Shown: piece after piece, positions 10,996 through 22,085 of the stretch
How the letters are laid out: every line of letters starts with the position of its first letter
Numbering within the stretch: the first letter of the stretch is position 1
Source of the DNA: Nitrospirota bacterium
Lineage (GTDB): Bacteria; Nitrospirota; Nitrospiria; Nitrospirales; NS-4
DNA length: 64,000 bases
Direction: 5' to 3'
NCBI GenBank assembly: GCA_963788195.1
Contig: CAWBGA010000005.1
Span: 128,001 to 192,000, forward strand
The notes under the pieces: model-generated
The model's database searches: none
The model's input: only the letters and a program-made list of their open reading frames with translations
Told to the model about the DNA's origin: nothing
Program-made: the position numbers and the translations under genes

Positions 10996-12229
10996 TTAGG
11001 TCTCAACACACCGAAAGCCGGCATAGACATACCGATAGTCCGGGCGAAACCAGTTTCGAAAGGAGCGCCGAAGTAAAGACGCCGCGGTGAGGGCGGAGCC
11101 ACCCTTCAGCACGTAATGACCCCCGCCGAAAAACGGAGCCGAGTACCCGGGATAAAAGGAGAACGGTTCAAAGCCGGGGAAGGGATGGAAGACCGTGGAG
11201 GTCCATTCCCAGCCGTTGCCGACGAGTTGCGACACGCCAAAGGCGCTATCACCTCCCGGGGACGCCGACACCGGAATGGGATCCCATCGGGCGAAGTCGA
11301 AATTGCCACGTGACTCATCTGGAGCCGTATCGCCCCACGGATATTGAGACTCCTCCGCGGCCGTTGGAGCTTCCGTAAGCCGCGCGGTGAAACTGCGCTT
11401 CGCTGGGTAAGCTCTTTCCCGCCCATCGGGCGTAGGCCTCTGCTTCCGAATACGTACAGTAGACCGGCCAATTCAATGGCAGAGGTATTTCTTCGAACAT
11501 GGTGCGCAACCACCACTGGCCGCTGTGTTGTTTCCAGAGGTGTGGGGCGGTCGCGCCGGCGCGGACGAACTCGAGATACTGGCCGTTCGTAACCTTGTAC
11601 TTGTCGATCACGAACGACGGAACATACACGGTGTGCCCCGCGAATTCGTTGTCCCACCCGAACCCCTCTTGCCGTTCCCGTCCTAACATCACAGAACCGG
11701 CAGGGATCTCAATCATGCGGTGAACCGGAACTGATCCCTCTGCAGGGGGCAGCGGAGCGGGCCCTCTTTTTCGATCCTGAGAGAGATTATGCAGGATATA
11801 GGAGAAGGTCTCGGCATGCATCAGGCGATGCTCGACTGCGACGTGAATGATGTCCTCCGAGGCCTCATCCAGAATGCTGTCCAATTTCTCGCGAACTTGG
11901 CGGTTGTAGCTGTAGATTTCTTTGAGCGACGGCCAGTCGGAGGCCTGATCTGAAGGTAGCTGCCCTTGCGGCGGATCAATGCCGAACGCGAACAGCCGAT
12001 CCCATTCAGCATGAACAGCCGTCATGGCTAGGGCGCCGGCGCCGATAAGGTTCCAGTCGAACGCCTCCAGGTGGCCAAGGTAGAAGACCATTCTGTGTCG
12101 CTCAGGAACGGGGCGGTCGTAAAGGGATTCCGGATGAACCAGATGGAACAGTTCATCCGTCCGTCGGCGGGCCTGCAGAAGCGCTCTTCTCAGAGGTATA
12201 GTCCGGGTAGCTGGAGTGTTAAGACGCAC
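10996..12229 (-). CDS. Non-heme-iron sulfoxide synthase, DinB plus FGE domains, EgtB/OvoA family (frameshift near 11340)
   Basis: FYLGHLEAF, EHRLMHAET, FGWDNE, LPSEAQF, then GNGWEWT and RNWFRP in the second frame; adjacent to egtD. Confidence 0.88.
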
Positions 12230-12370
12230 GATGGTGCCTCCGTTGATCTCACGTAGTCAACAGAGGACCATACTACCACGCCTCGGCGCGTCCGAGACCC
12301 GAGGCTTACGGATAGTGAAGGGGCAGTACCAAAGAGTGGTTTTGGCCGGAGAGGTCCGGAGCGCCTACAC

Positions 12371-12556
12371 CTACCGGGTAGAAAGTTGTGCTGAGCGAAT
12401 GCCGCCGTGGCTCCTGACCTGTCCGGCGAGATTATGCCCCGCTGTGGGAGGGAACACCATTGCCCCGCAGTTTATGCATCGGCATTCATAAAAGTGCTGG
12501 TAGAAATCGGAGCCTCGCGCTGTGACCATCAGGCCTTTACACTTAGAACACGTCAT
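12371..12556 (-). CDS. Small Cys4 zinc-ribbon protein
   Basis: MTCSKCKGLM...CRCINCG; AAGGAGG RBS. Confidence 0.7.
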   Translation of the reverse strand: MTCSKCKGLMVTARGSDFYQHFYECRCINCGAMVFPPTAGHNLAGQVRSHGGIRSAQLSTR

Positions 12557-12610
12557 GGTCCACCCTCCTTTGAATGATCCACACAACATTCTTCAGTTGC
12601 CGGGAAAGAG

Positions 12611-12626
12611 AGCAAGAGAAATGCCA
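12611..12626 (-). promoter_or_regulatory. Putative sigma-54 (-24/-12) promoter
   Basis: Minus strand TGGCATTTCTCTTGCT with canonical GG-N10-GC spacing, upstream of the 12556 start. Confidence 0.65.
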
Positions 12627-12760
12627 CCTAGGTACTTGTGACAGGAATAGCCAAAATCTGAAATGACCAGCCAACTAACTGGTATTCCAGGCCCCCGCGG
12701 CCAAAATGCTGACGGCAGAGGCCGCAAAGCGCCATCAATCAGTCAAGGGCAAAGGCATAA

Positions 12761-12889
12761 AAGGGGGACAGGCAACTTTTTCGGAACGAAGGAATGTTTG
12801 GGCCAGGGGAAGAAGAATCTGTCTTGGCAGATTCCAGAGCTGGGCGGGTGCAATAGAGAATCACTGAAAAAGTAGCCTGTCCCCTTTTT
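12761..12889. repeat. Inverted-repeat-bounded element (MITE/REPIN-like), copy 1
   Basis: AAGGGGGACAGGCAACTTTTT...AAAAAGTAGCCTGTCCCCTTTT; second copy at 37470. Confidence 0.75.
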
Positions 12890-12942
12890 CCCTATTCCGG
12901 GCGGGTGCGACAGCGTTCGGGGAAGGGGGGAGCGACCCTATT

Positions 12943-14157
12943 TCAGCCCCCGGCAATCATACGAATGCGATGATTAAAGGTGTCGGCGATGTAGATATTG
13001 CCGGCACTGTCCAGGGCAACGCCAAAGGGATAATTGAGGCCGCTAATGCTCGCCGGTCCTCCGTCGCCGGAGAATTCTGAGGACCCCTTTCCGGCGATCG
13101 AGGTGATAATCTTGGATTTCGGATTCCACATCCGAATCAAATGATTATCGGAATCCGTGATGTAGAGCTTTCCATCCCGAGCAAGCGCGATCCCCGTGGG
13201 ACGCGCGAGACCTGTTGAGAACTCCTTCGGATTCCCCTGGTAGCGATATTCGGTGCCGTCACCGGCAATGGTCATGATGACGCCGCTGTTTGAATCAACC
13301 CGGCGGATCCGTCCGCTGAAGGTGTCGGCAATATAGAGATTCCCTTCGGGGTCGAGCGCCAACCCGCTTGGGCCCGACAGGCCCGCCTGTGTGGCGGCCT
13401 GTCCATCGCCATCATAGTCGGAGTTGCCGTTGCCGGCGTAGGTGAAGATCCGTCCCGTGGGTAGTTCGAGGGCGCGAACGCGGTAGTTTGCCAGGTCAGC
13501 TATGTATAAGCGGCCGGCGCGCTCGTCTACTGCCAGTGCGACCGGCTCGTTCAACGCGGCTTTGACGCCGGGGCCATTGTCGCCGTTGAATCGCGCGGCG
13601 CCGGTACCCGCCACCGTGGTGATCAGCCCGCTCGCGGCATCGACGCGCCGGACGCGATGATTGAACGTGTCGGCGATATACAGCGTACCCTGCGAATCGA
13701 CGGCAGTGGCGGACGGAAAGTTCAGCGTCGCCTCCGCCGCCGGGCCGCCGTCCCCTCGAAATCGTCCTTTCTCTGTCGTCCCCGTCACGAAGCGGACCGT
13801 GCCGCTTTGGTCCGGGAGCTGCACGAAGCGGGGTTCATTCTTCGCGTCGGGGTCGGCCAAGGGGTCTTCCTCGACCGCCGAGTGTGCCGGGGAAACGGGT
13901 GGCGGAGCGGATCGAGATGACGCCTCTGTGAAGAAGCCGCCGCCGGCCACAGTGGTGATGATCCCCGTCTGCAGATCGAGGCGGCGAATACGATGGTTCT
14001 CGGCATCGGCGATGTAAAGGAATCGGCCCGCCGCCGTGATACTTTTCGGCTCGTTCAGCATGGCCTCGAGGGCCGGCCCGCCGTCACCGGCATATCCCGG
14101 CTCCCCGGTACCCGCGATTGTCATGATGGAAAACGGGGTCAGCGTCGATTTATTCAT
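12943..14157 (-). CDS. NHL-repeat beta-propeller protein
   Basis: Repeated GDGGPA..A.LN.P...A.D..G.LYIADT.NHR.R units. Confidence 0.9.
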   Translation of the reverse strand: MNKSTLTPFSIMTIAGTGEPGYAGDGGPALEAMLNEPKSITAAGRFLYIADAENHRIRRLDLQTGIITTVAGGGFFTEASSRSAPPPVSPAHSAVEEDPLADPDAKNEPRFVQLPDQSGTVRFVTGTTEKGRFRGDGGPAAEATLNFPSATAVDSQGTLYIADTFNHRVRRVDAASGLITTVAGTGAARFNGDNGPGVKAALNEPVALAVDERAGRLYIADLANYRVRALELPTGRIFTYAGNGNSDYDGDGQAATQAGLSGPSGLALDPEGNLYIADTFSGRIRRVDSNSGVIMTIAGDGTEYRYQGNPKEFSTGLARPTGIALARDGKLYITDSDNHLIRMWNPKSKIITSIAGKGSSEFSGDGGPASISGLNYPFGVALDSAGNIYIADTFNHRIRMIAGG

Positions 14158-14161
14158 GAGT

Positions 14162-14213
14162 GCCCTTCGACAGGCCTTTCGACTGAGCTCAGGACAGGCT
14201 CTGGGCGAACGGG
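14162..14213. repeat. REP-like CCCTTCGACAGG/GCTCAGG element
   Basis: gcccttcgacaggcctttcgactgagctcaggacaggctctgggcgaacgg in the leuB-NHL spacer. Confidence 0.5.
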
Positions 14214-14223
14214 TCGAAGCGAA

Positions 14224-15297
14224 TCATTTGCCGAGGGATTCAATGATTAAGCGGCCCATCTCTTTCGTCCCGACGAGCCTGGTTCCCCCGGCATGGATAT
14301 CCTTGGTGCGATAACCTTGCTCAAGAACCCGCACGATCGCCTGCTCCACCGCCGTTGCCTCCTTATCGAGATTAAAGGCATGGCTGAGCATCATCGCGGC
14401 CGAGGCGATCGTCGCAATCGGATTGGCCAGGTCCTTCCCGGCGATGTCGGGAGCGCTGCCATGGATGGGCTCGAACATCCCGACGGTTCCTCCCAGGCTG
14501 GCCGACGGCAGCATGCCGATTGACCCTGTCAGCATTGCCGCTTCGTCGCTCAAGATGTCGCCGAATAGATTCGTCGTGACCAATACGTCGAACTGTGATG
14601 GATTGCGCACGAGCTGCATCGCGCAATTGTCCACGTAAAGATGGCTGAGCTCAACGTCGGAGTAGCCTTTGGCTACGGATATCACGACCCGGCGCCAGAG
14701 CTCGGACGATTCAAGGACATTCGCCTTGTCGACAGATGTCACCTTGCGGCGGCGCTTGCGGGCTGTCTCAAAGGCCACCTTTGCGATCCGTTCGATCTCT
14801 CTGGTGGTGTAGACCTCCGTGTTGAAACCGCGCTCGCCTTCCGGAGTCTTTTCAATGCCCTTGGGCTGCCCGAAGTAGATCCCGCCGGTGAGTTCTCGCA
14901 CGACTAGAAGGTCGATGCCGAGGATCACCTCCCGCTTGAGCGTCGAGGCGTCGGCGAGCATCGGATAGAGTTTTGCCGGACGCAGGTTCGCGTAGAGGCC
15001 GAGTTGCTCGCGGAGCCCGAGCAGGGCCCGCTCCGGCCGGACGGTATAGTCCAAGCCTTCCCATTTGGGTCCCCCGACGGCGCCCAGGAGTATCGCATCG
15101 CTCTCCTTGGCGATTTGCAGGGTGGCATCCGGAAGAGGCCTTCCGGTTAGGTCGATGGCGGCGCCGCCGACATCGGCCGTTCGAAATTCAAACTCATGCC
15201 CGAACATCTGCCCGATCCGCTGGAGGACCTGGACGGCGTGGGGCACGATCTCTGGGCCGATGCCATCTCCCGGGAGAACCGCGATACGGGCCTTCAT
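14224..15297 (-). CDS. leuB: 3-isopropylmalate dehydrogenase
   Basis: [40 protein letters not shown]. Confidence 0.97.
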   Translation of the reverse strand: MKARIAVLPGDGIGPEIVPHAVQVLQRIGQMFGHEFEFRTADVGGAAIDLTGRPLPDATLQIAKESDAILLGAVGGPKWEGLDYTVRPERALLGLREQLGLYANLRPAKLYPMLADASTLKREVILGIDLLVVRELTGGIYFGQPKGIEKTPEGERGFNTEVYTTREIERIAKVAFETARKRRRKVTSVDKANVLESSELWRRVVISVAKGYSDVELSHLYVDNCAMQLVRNPSQFDVLVTTNLFGDILSDEAAMLTGSIGMLPSASLGGTVGMFEPIHGSAPDIAGKDLANPIATIASAAMMLSHAFNLDKEATAVEQAIVRVLEQGYRTKDIHAGGTRLVGTKEMGRLIIESLGK

Positions 15298-15858
15298 GTT
15301 TTCAACATACCCGAGGCGCGGGCGTATGAGAACAGGCCGCCGGCTTTCACGATCTCAAGCACATCGCCGATCGGACGCAACCGATGAGTCGTCCCGCGCG
15401 TGAGGTTCTTCAACTCGCCGGCAGAAATAGTAATTTCCAGGTCGTCGCCCGTCTGAGTTTCGGCTACGAGGGGAAGCTCGGACTCAAAGGGCAGTAAAAA
15501 CCCGCCGTCCACCGCATTCCGGTAGAAGATCCGCGCATAGGATTCGGCCACGACGGCCGTCACACCGGCGATCTGCAGGGCCGCGGGCGCGTGCTCCCGG
15601 GAGGAGCCGCATCCGAAGTTTTTGCCTGCGAGGAGAATGTGATACGGAGAGCGATACTCGCCGTCGGGCACAAACTTGATGTTGCCTTTGGGGCAGTCCT
15701 GCGACCGCATCAGGCAGGCCGGAGAGGGCATAGGTGCCGTATTTTTTGCTTTCCTCCGGATCGCTCAGGCTGTAGACGAGATGCTTGGCGGGAATAATTT
15801 GATCCGTATCAATATTGTTTCCCAGCACATACGCTTTGCCTCTAATCACGTCCTGCAT
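15294..15858 (-). CDS. leuD: 3-isopropylmalate dehydratase small subunit (frameshift near 15705)
   Basis: NIDTDQIIP in one frame; [11 protein letters not shown] in the other. Confidence 0.92.
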
Positions 15859-15999
15859 ACGGAGCGTTCCTATTTTTGAGCCTGGATGATAGAGGCACGG
15901 AAATGGCGGCAGACTCGATTTATAGCCTTATAGCGCCTGGGACAACGTATACTCTACGGGAGCAGGTGGGAAGGAATAAATCGAGTCTGACCCCATTTT

Positions 16000-17298
16000 C
16001 TACAGAAATTCCCGCGGATCCGTGATCTCGCCGGTTATCGCCGATGCCGCGACCGTGTACGGCGATGCCAGGTAGACTTGCGCGGTTTTGGATCCCATGC
16101 GTCCGGGGAAGTTCCTGTTGGTGGTTGAAATGCACACCTCGCTCTTGTTCAGCCTGCCGAAGGTGTCCGAAGGTCCTCCCAGGCACGCGGCGCAAGACGC
16201 GCCCTGTGAAATCTTCGCCCCGGCCTTCTGAAAGATCTCCAGGAGTGTTTCCCCGTCGTGCATGGTCGTGCCGAGGCCCCGAGCGACCTCGGTTGTAGCT
16301 GGAACAATGTAGGTGTCGGCTTTGACCTGATGGCCTTTGAGAATCTTCGCGGCCGCCAGGAAATCGTTGAGCTTGCCGCCGGTGCACGAGCCGATATAGG
16401 CGCGATCGAGTTTCGTGCCCCGGGATTCGCGTGCCGTGCCTCGATTGTCCGGCGAGTGCGGCTTCGCGACGGTGGGTTCGATCTCGGCGGTCTTATATCG
16501 GCGCACGCTGTGGAAGCGGGCATCCGGATCGTCGGACACGGGTTGGTAGGGCTTGGCGGTTTTGGATTTGACAAACTGCTCCGTCACGGCATCCGTCGGG
16601 ATGACTCCGTTTTTCCCTCCCGCCTCGATGACCATGTTGCAAAGCGTCATCCGTTCTTCGATGGATAGGGACATGACACCGTCGCCGGCAAACTCCATTG
16701 CGCGATACGTCGCGCCGTCCACGCCGATGTCGCCGATGATATGCAGGATTAGATCTTTCGCCATGAGGTACGGGGGCAATGGTCCGTCAAACTCGAATCG
16801 CATGGTCTCCGGCACCTTCACCCAGAGCTTGCCGGTTCCCAAAATAAACGCGGCGTCGGTATTGCCGATGCCGCTGGCAAACTCTCCGAAGGCGCCCGCG
16901 GTGCAGGTATGGGAATCAGTACCAAATAAGACCTCGCCGGGACGCGTGTGGCCTTCCTCGGGAAGGGCGATGTGGCACACGCCTTTGTACTTGTCGGTGC
17001 CGACGTCATAGTAGTACGGCAGATCCTGCTCCTTCACGAAGTCCCGGAGCAGATCGATGTTACGATGAGCGTGCTGATCGTTGGTAAAAATATAGTGATC
17101 GGGAATAATGACGACCTTCTCGCGGTCCCAGACCTTGGCCTTTGGCCCGAACTCTTTATGAAAGATTCCGATCGTGCCCGGGCCACAGACATCATGGGTC
17201 ATGAGAATGTCCACATCCACCCAGATGTTGTCTCCGGCAGTCGCATTTTTGCGCTTGGCGTGCCTGGCCAGAATCTTCTCGGTCATCGTCATGCCCAT
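16000..17298 (-). CDS. leuC: 3-isopropylmalate dehydratase large subunit
   Basis: MGMTMTEKIL, GVCH, DSHTCT, IGSCTGG, CAACLG, STTNRNFPGRMG. Confidence 0.95.
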   Translation of the reverse strand: MGMTMTEKILARHAKRKNATAGDNIWVDVDILMTHDVCGPGTIGIFHKEFGPKAKVWDREKVVIIPDHYIFTNDQHAHRNIDLLRDFVKEQDLPYYYDVGTDKYKGVCHIALPEEGHTRPGEVLFGTDSHTCTAGAFGEFASGIGNTDAAFILGTGKLWVKVPETMRFEFDGPLPPYLMAKDLILHIIGDIGVDGATYRAMEFAGDGVMSLSIEERMTLCNMVIEAGGKNGVIPTDAVTEQFVKSKTAKPYQPVSDDPDARFHSVRRYKTAEIEPTVAKPHSPDNRGTARESRGTKLDRAYIGSCTGGKLNDFLAAAKILKGHQVKADTYIVPATTEVARGLGTTMHDGETLLEIFQKAGAKISQGASCAACLGGPSDTFGRLNKSEVCISTTNRNFPGRMGSKTAQVYLASPYTVAASAITGEITDPREFL

Positions 17299-17410
17299 AG
17301 AATTCCTCGCGATAAGCGAATGAGATAGTACCGGAGAAGTCCGCGAAAGATCAAGCTTCCCGCCGGTTCCTGCAATTGACAAGCCGCGCGGCATTCCGCT
17401 ATCGTGCGGC

Positions 17411-18088
17411 ATGCAAGTCAGCCCTTCGGGGGGCTCGGGAGGCGCGCTCGACCCCGTCCCTATTCCGAATGTCATTCCCTTGTTTCCTCTCCCGAATCTG
17501 GTCTTCTTTCCGAGGACCTACCTGCCTCTCCACATCTTTGAGCCGCGCTACCGGGAGATGGTCCAGGCGGCCGAGGCCAGTCATCGGATCGTCGGGATGG
17601 TGCTCTTGAAGGAAGGATGGGAGGCCGATTACGAAGGAACTCCCGCAATCTACCCCATGGGATGCATCGGCCGGATGATCAACGTGCAGCGGCTGGTCGA
17701 TGGGCGTTTCAACATTCTCCTACAGGGACTTGGTCGATTCGAGATCGAGCAGGAATTGGGAACGCAAAGCTACCGCCAGGGCCGGATTGTCTTAAAAGAC
17801 GTATCCCAACCTGACACGACCCTGCCCCGCGAGATCCGCACCGAACTTTTAACGGTGGTGGCAGGCTTCATGCGTAGCAAGGAGGATGAACTGGCGCTCT
17901 CTGCCTTGCTTCGCCAGCCTGTCTATGACGATGTGCTCGTGCAAAACCTGTCATTCGCGCTGGACTTCACCCCACTGGAGAAGCAATTCCTCTTGGAGGC
18001 CGAATCACTGACCCAGCAGGCTCGCCGAATTTTAGATCTGCTGCAATTCAAGCGTCACGAACGAAACGAACAAACCGGGTGGGGTTAA
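17411..18088 (+). CDS. LON peptidase substrate-binding (Lon N) domain protein
   Basis: PLFPLPNLVFFP, LPLHIFEPRYREM, DGRFNILLQG. Confidence 0.9.
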   Translation: MQVSPSGGSGGALDPVPIPNVIPLFPLPNLVFFPRTYLPLHIFEPRYREMVQAAEASHRIVGMVLLKEGWEADYEGTPAIYPMGCIGRMINVQRLVDGRFNILLQGLGRFEIEQELGTQSYRQGRIVLKDVSQPDTTLPREIRTELLTVVAGFMRSKEDELALSALLRQPVYDDVLVQNLSFALDFTPLEKQFLLEAESLTQQARRILDLLQFKRHERNEQTGWG

Positions 18089-19053
18089 AGGTGGCGCCCT
18101 CGGCGGTAGCTATTGAAGCCCTGCACTTGTCCAAGAAGTACCCGGGCGGGACGACCGCCGCGGAGGATATTTCATTTCAGGTCAACGCCGGAGAAGTCTT
18201 CGGGCTCGTAGGCCCGAACGGGGCCGGTAAAACCACGACCCTGCGGATCTTGATTACCGTGCTGGAGCCTTCAGGTGGGACGGCGCGTGTTCTCGGCATG
18301 GACGTCGTGAAAGACGCGACCAAGGTACGTCAGGCGATCGGCTATGTGCCGCAGGAGCGGGCGATTGATCGCTTTCTGACGGGCCGCGAGCATCTTGAAT
18401 TGCTGGCCAGCCTCTATCACCTGCCGAAGGGAGAGGCCGCGGGTCGCATTCAAGAGGTGCTGGGATTGGTGGGGCTCGAGCACAAGGCGGATGAGGTCGC
18501 GCGCAACTATTCGGGCGGCATGAAACGCAAGCTGGACATCGCCTGTGGATTAATCCCCTCCCCCAAAGTTTTGTTCATGGATGAGCCGACCTTGGGGCTG
18601 GACGTAGAAAGCCGGCTCAAGATCTGGACGCACGTCCGGGAACTCAAGGCGCGCGGCATCACGATTCTTTTGACCACGAACTATCTTGACGAAGCGGACC
18701 AGCTTTGCGACCGGATCGCGATCATCGATGGCGGACGCGTGAAGGCGGTCGGCTCGCCGGCAGAGTTGAAGTCCAGCCTCGGCGGTGATGTCGTGACTCT
18801 CACGCTGGCGCAGAGTGATCTGGAAAAGGTCGAAGCGCTGGCCCAGGCGTTGAAAAGCCTTCCCGGAGTCCGCGCGGTCAGCACCAAACAGAATCTGCTC
18901 GACATCCGGGTGGCCTCGCCGGAAGCAAGCCTGCCCGCGATCCTGGGAGCCGTCACGACACATGGTTGCCGCCTTGAATTCGTCGACTATCACCGGCCCC
19001 GGCTGGACGACGTCTTCATGGCCTACGCCGGCCGCCGCATCAAAGAAGATTAA
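18079..19053 (+). CDS. ABC-2/DrrA-type ATP-binding protein
   Basis: GPNGAGKTT, YSGGMKRKL, DEPTLGLD. Confidence 0.92.
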   Translation: MGLKVAPSAVAIEALHLSKKYPGGTTAAEDISFQVNAGEVFGLVGPNGAGKTTTLRILITVLEPSGGTARVLGMDVVKDATKVRQAIGYVPQERAIDRFLTGREHLELLASLYHLPKGEAAGRIQEVLGLVGLEHKADEVARNYSGGMKRKLDIACGLIPSPKVLFMDEPTLGLDVESRLKIWTHVRELKARGITILLTTNYLDEADQLCDRIAIIDGGRVKAVGSPAELKSSLGGDVVTLTLAQSDLEKVEALAQALKSLPGVRAVSTKQNLLDIRVASPEASLPAILGAVTTHGCRLEFVDYHRPRLDDVFMAYAGRRIKED

Positions 19054-19063
19054 AGGAACCATA

Positions 19064-19844
19064 ATGGAAGCGTATCTGCAAGAGGTCGGCGCGCTGACGA
19101 CGCGCTGGGTGAAACGCTTGAGCCGTGAAAAGTTCAGCATGCTGTTCACGCTGTTTCAACCGATGGTCTTCTGGCTGATCTTCTTCGGGAATCTGTTTCA
19201 GCGCACGGCGAATACCGAAGTGGTCCAGTCGCCGAGCTACATCGCCTTTCTCGCAGCGGGCGTCGTCGTCATGACGGTTCTGAACAACGGGCTCGCGGGC
19301 GGGGTGGATCTGCTCTTCGACAAGGAGAACGGATTTCTTGAGCGACTGATGTCCACGCCGATTTCCCGCACGTCGGTGATCATGAGCCGGTTCGTCTTTG
19401 TGATGACGATCACCTCGTTGCAAGTCCTGGTGATCCTCGGCGTCGCGTATCTCTTCGGCGTGCGTCCGGTCACGGGATTCGGCGGGATCGCCGTGATCAT
19501 TCTCATCGGCCTGTTATTCGGCAGTCGGCCTCACCGCGATCTCCATGGCCCTGGCCTTTTCGGTCAAGAGTCATGGCGATTTCTTTTCCATGCTGGGGTT
19601 TCTCTCCCTCCCGATGATCTTCCTCAGCACGGCGCTCGTGCCGATGTCCGCCATGCCCGGATGGATGGCGGCTCTTGCGCTTCTGAATCCGATGACCTGG
19701 GCCATCGACGCGGTCAGGCCGCTGATCCTCCAGGGCTGGTCGGCCGCCGTCAAGCCGCTCATCATCGTCGTGATCGTCATGGCCGTCTTCGACACCGTCT
19801 GCCTCTGGATCGCCTCCCGCGCCTTCCGCAAAACCCTCGGCTAG
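19064..19844 (+). CDS. ABC-2 permease (frameshift near 19523)
   Basis: DKENGFLERLMSTP; C-terminal NPMTWAIDAVR in a shifted frame. Confidence 0.88.
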
Positions 19845-19852
19845 GTTTAAAG

Positions 19853-19922
19853 CCTTCTCCCCCGGGCACCCATTGCCGTCTCCAATTGCAATGGGTCAAG
19901 CAGAGAGGGCAGGGTGAGGGGG
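19853..19922. repeat. REP-like element with internal hairpin
   Basis: ccttctcccc...gagagggcagggtgagggg enclosing acccattgc/gcaatgggt. Confidence 0.45.
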
Positions 19923-20082
19923 CTTCATCGTTCGCCCTGAGACTCTCGTTCCGAAAGAAATGGCTTCGTGGATATCGGAAAGATCCAATCTGCTAGTCAG
20001 GCTGGTTTCGCGTTCCCGCCGGCTTTGCTTGCATTGCAGGGAAACCGGATTTAACCAAAAGGCATTGTGACACAGGCGATCT

Positions 20083-20379
20083 TCAGGCCGCTGGGCGTGC
20101 CTTAACTGTTAGGTGCACGCGGGCTCCCAGCCGAGCCAGCATATCAATCAGCGCATCCGTGCTGAAGAGGTCGATGCGCCCGCGGAGGAGATCGCTGACG
20201 CGAGGCTGGGTCACGCGGAGTAGCTTTGCGGCCGTTCTCTGCTTGAGACGGCGGGAGGCGATGAGCTTTTGAACCTGTATCATAAGGTCTGCTCGGACCA
20301 GCAAATGCTCGGCCTCTTCGCGGCGGAATCCAAGGTCACGGAACACATTTCCGGTTGACGGCGTGATCTTCACTTTCAT
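20083..20379 (-). CDS. XRE/HigA-type antitoxin
   Basis: STGNVFRDLGF, VTQPRVSDLLRGRIDLFS; GGAGG RBS. Confidence 0.88.
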   Translation of the reverse strand: MKVKITPSTGNVFRDLGFRREEAEHLLVRADLMIQVQKLIASRRLKQRTAAKLLRVTQPRVSDLLRGRIDLFSTDALIDMLARLGARVHLTVKARPAA

Positions 20380-20389
20380 GGGTATCCTC

Positions 20390-20687
20390 CCCTCTAATCC
20401 ACTCACCGCTCCGCGATGCGCGACCAAAGCCTGATACCTCTGTCTGGCGAGTTCCACGTCGTGCCGCGTAGTTTTCCTTGTCCGTTTCTCAAAGGCATGA
20501 AGCACATATATCGCTTCCGCAAACTTGGCGACATAGCACACCCGGTATTCGACCGCGGTATGAATCCGGGTTCCACTCCTTGCTGAACCCGCCGAAGCTG
20601 AAAACCGGCAAGTCGCCTGGCATCCCGCGGAAATGCCTGCAAGTCACTCCGCGATGACCCGAGCCACAAGAGCGCCCTTTCGGTCAC
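20390..20687 (-). pseudogene. RelE/HigB (Gp49-like) toxin with internal deletion
   Basis: WLGSSRSDLQAFP...GFQLRRVQQG joins out of frame to EYRVCYVAKFAEAIYVLHAFEKRT; the usual central WKPM...EIR stretch is absent. Confidence 0.75.
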
Positions 20688-20779
20688 GGGCTGAATATAC
20701 AAGTTCTAGTATATACTATCAAGGGCGGGGAGTTTCTTTTGATAAAATCAGCAAGGAATCGCTATCCAGGTGAGGAATC

Positions 20780-21934
20780 TCAGGCTTTCTGCGCGTCGAT
20801 GATATTGATGATTTCCGGCGCCACAAAGATCCAGTTTCGCTTGCGGCCGGTCGCTTCTTTCAAGATGTTTTTGTGAACAAGCTTATCGATATTGAGTTTG
20901 GCCGAACGATGGGTCACACCTAATTTCTTGGCTGCCTGAGCTACCGTAATGGCTGGATTGGAAAAGAGGTTATCCACCAACTGGAGCAGGAGTGCGGACG
21001 ACCGCGCGGATTGCAGTTGTGCGCGATAGCCTTGCCACAGATCCAAGAGGCGGTCGGACCTCTTGATCGCGTCCCGTGACTGCTCTGCTACGCCACGCAG
21101 GAAAAAGCTGATCCATTCCTACCAATGGCCGGACTGGCTGACAGCGAGCAGCAGCCTATAGTATTCTTGGCGGTGACGCTCAAAATATGCGCTCAGGTAT
21201 AGCAAAGGGTGCGGCAATAAACCTTCCGCGCAAAGCAAAAGAGTGAGTAATAAACGCCCAATGCGGCCGTTGCCGTCTAGAAATGGATGAATTGCTTCGA
21301 ATTGATAGTGAATCAAAGCGAGACGGACAAGCGGCGGCAACGACGAAGCGGAATGCAGGTATTTTTCCAGGTGGTCCAGTGCTTCTGTCATCTCGTCTTC
21401 GGGAGGGGGGACATATACTGCGTCCATCAATGTACACCCAGGCGGACCGATCCAGTTTTGTGAGCGTCGAAACTCTCCGGGTGTGAGATGATCCCCACGA
21501 GCCCCACCCATGAGTTGCTCATGCATTTCTCTTATCAAGCGCAGGCTGACAGGTAGTTTCTTAAGACGCGCTAATCCGTGCTCCAATGCCTTCACATAGT
21601 TTGAGACCTCACGCACGTCCGGCGTTTGCGGGTCGATCGTCCCGGAAGCTTCAAAAAAGAATAGATCTGACAAAGAAGCCTGCGTCCCTTCGATCCGGCT
21701 GGAGAGCACTGCTTCCCTTCGGATAAAAGGACCGATGAGGAGATGTGGATTCGGCAAAGTCCTGGCAACTCCGGCCAACTCGCTCAGCGCCCTGTCTGCT
21801 TCCGATATCTTCCCCACAAGATCCCATGTTAGGTTGACCGATGGCGGCAGAGGATTCGGCACAAACGCCCAATATCCTTGCGGCGCAGTAATGAGTCTTC
21901 CGGCCTGATCTGCTGCAAAGTCAGCGAGTTCCAT
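20780..21934 (-). pseudogene. Fic-family protein with in-frame TAG at 21119-21121
   Basis: REAVLSSRIEGT, HPFLDGNGRIGR; frame continues after TAG as EWISFFL... to the C-terminal HTH. Confidence 0.85.
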
Positions 21935-21973
21935 ACACCGGTATGTTACTTCGGTTCCAATGACTACGCCGGC

Positions 21974-22021
21974 AATGATACTTTATGGCATAAAAGTATC
22001 ATTATGGAATGAGCCTGTCAA
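21974..22021 (-). promoter_or_regulatory. Promoter with overlapping palindromic operator upstream of fic
   Basis: TTGACA-17-TACTTT; inverted repeat AATGATACTTTATG-G-CATAAAAGTATCATT. Confidence 0.6.
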
Positions 22022-22085
22022 AGGGTATTTTGAGGCTTTTTCGAATACGTTTGCGGAGCCTGGAAAAGCGAGAACTTCGTGAATT

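Noticed and set aside
10011..12229. Selenoneine biosynthesis cluster
   Set aside because: No selD/senC or senB glycosyltransferase nearby.
20083..20541. Toxin-antitoxin fusion ORF
   Set aside because: The antitoxin has its own RBS and ATG at 20379; the apparent fusion arises from toxin decay.
21119..21121. Pyrrolysine read-through of the Fic TAG
   Set aside because: No pyl genes in the window, and neighbouring genes are decayed; nonsense mutation or base error is simpler.
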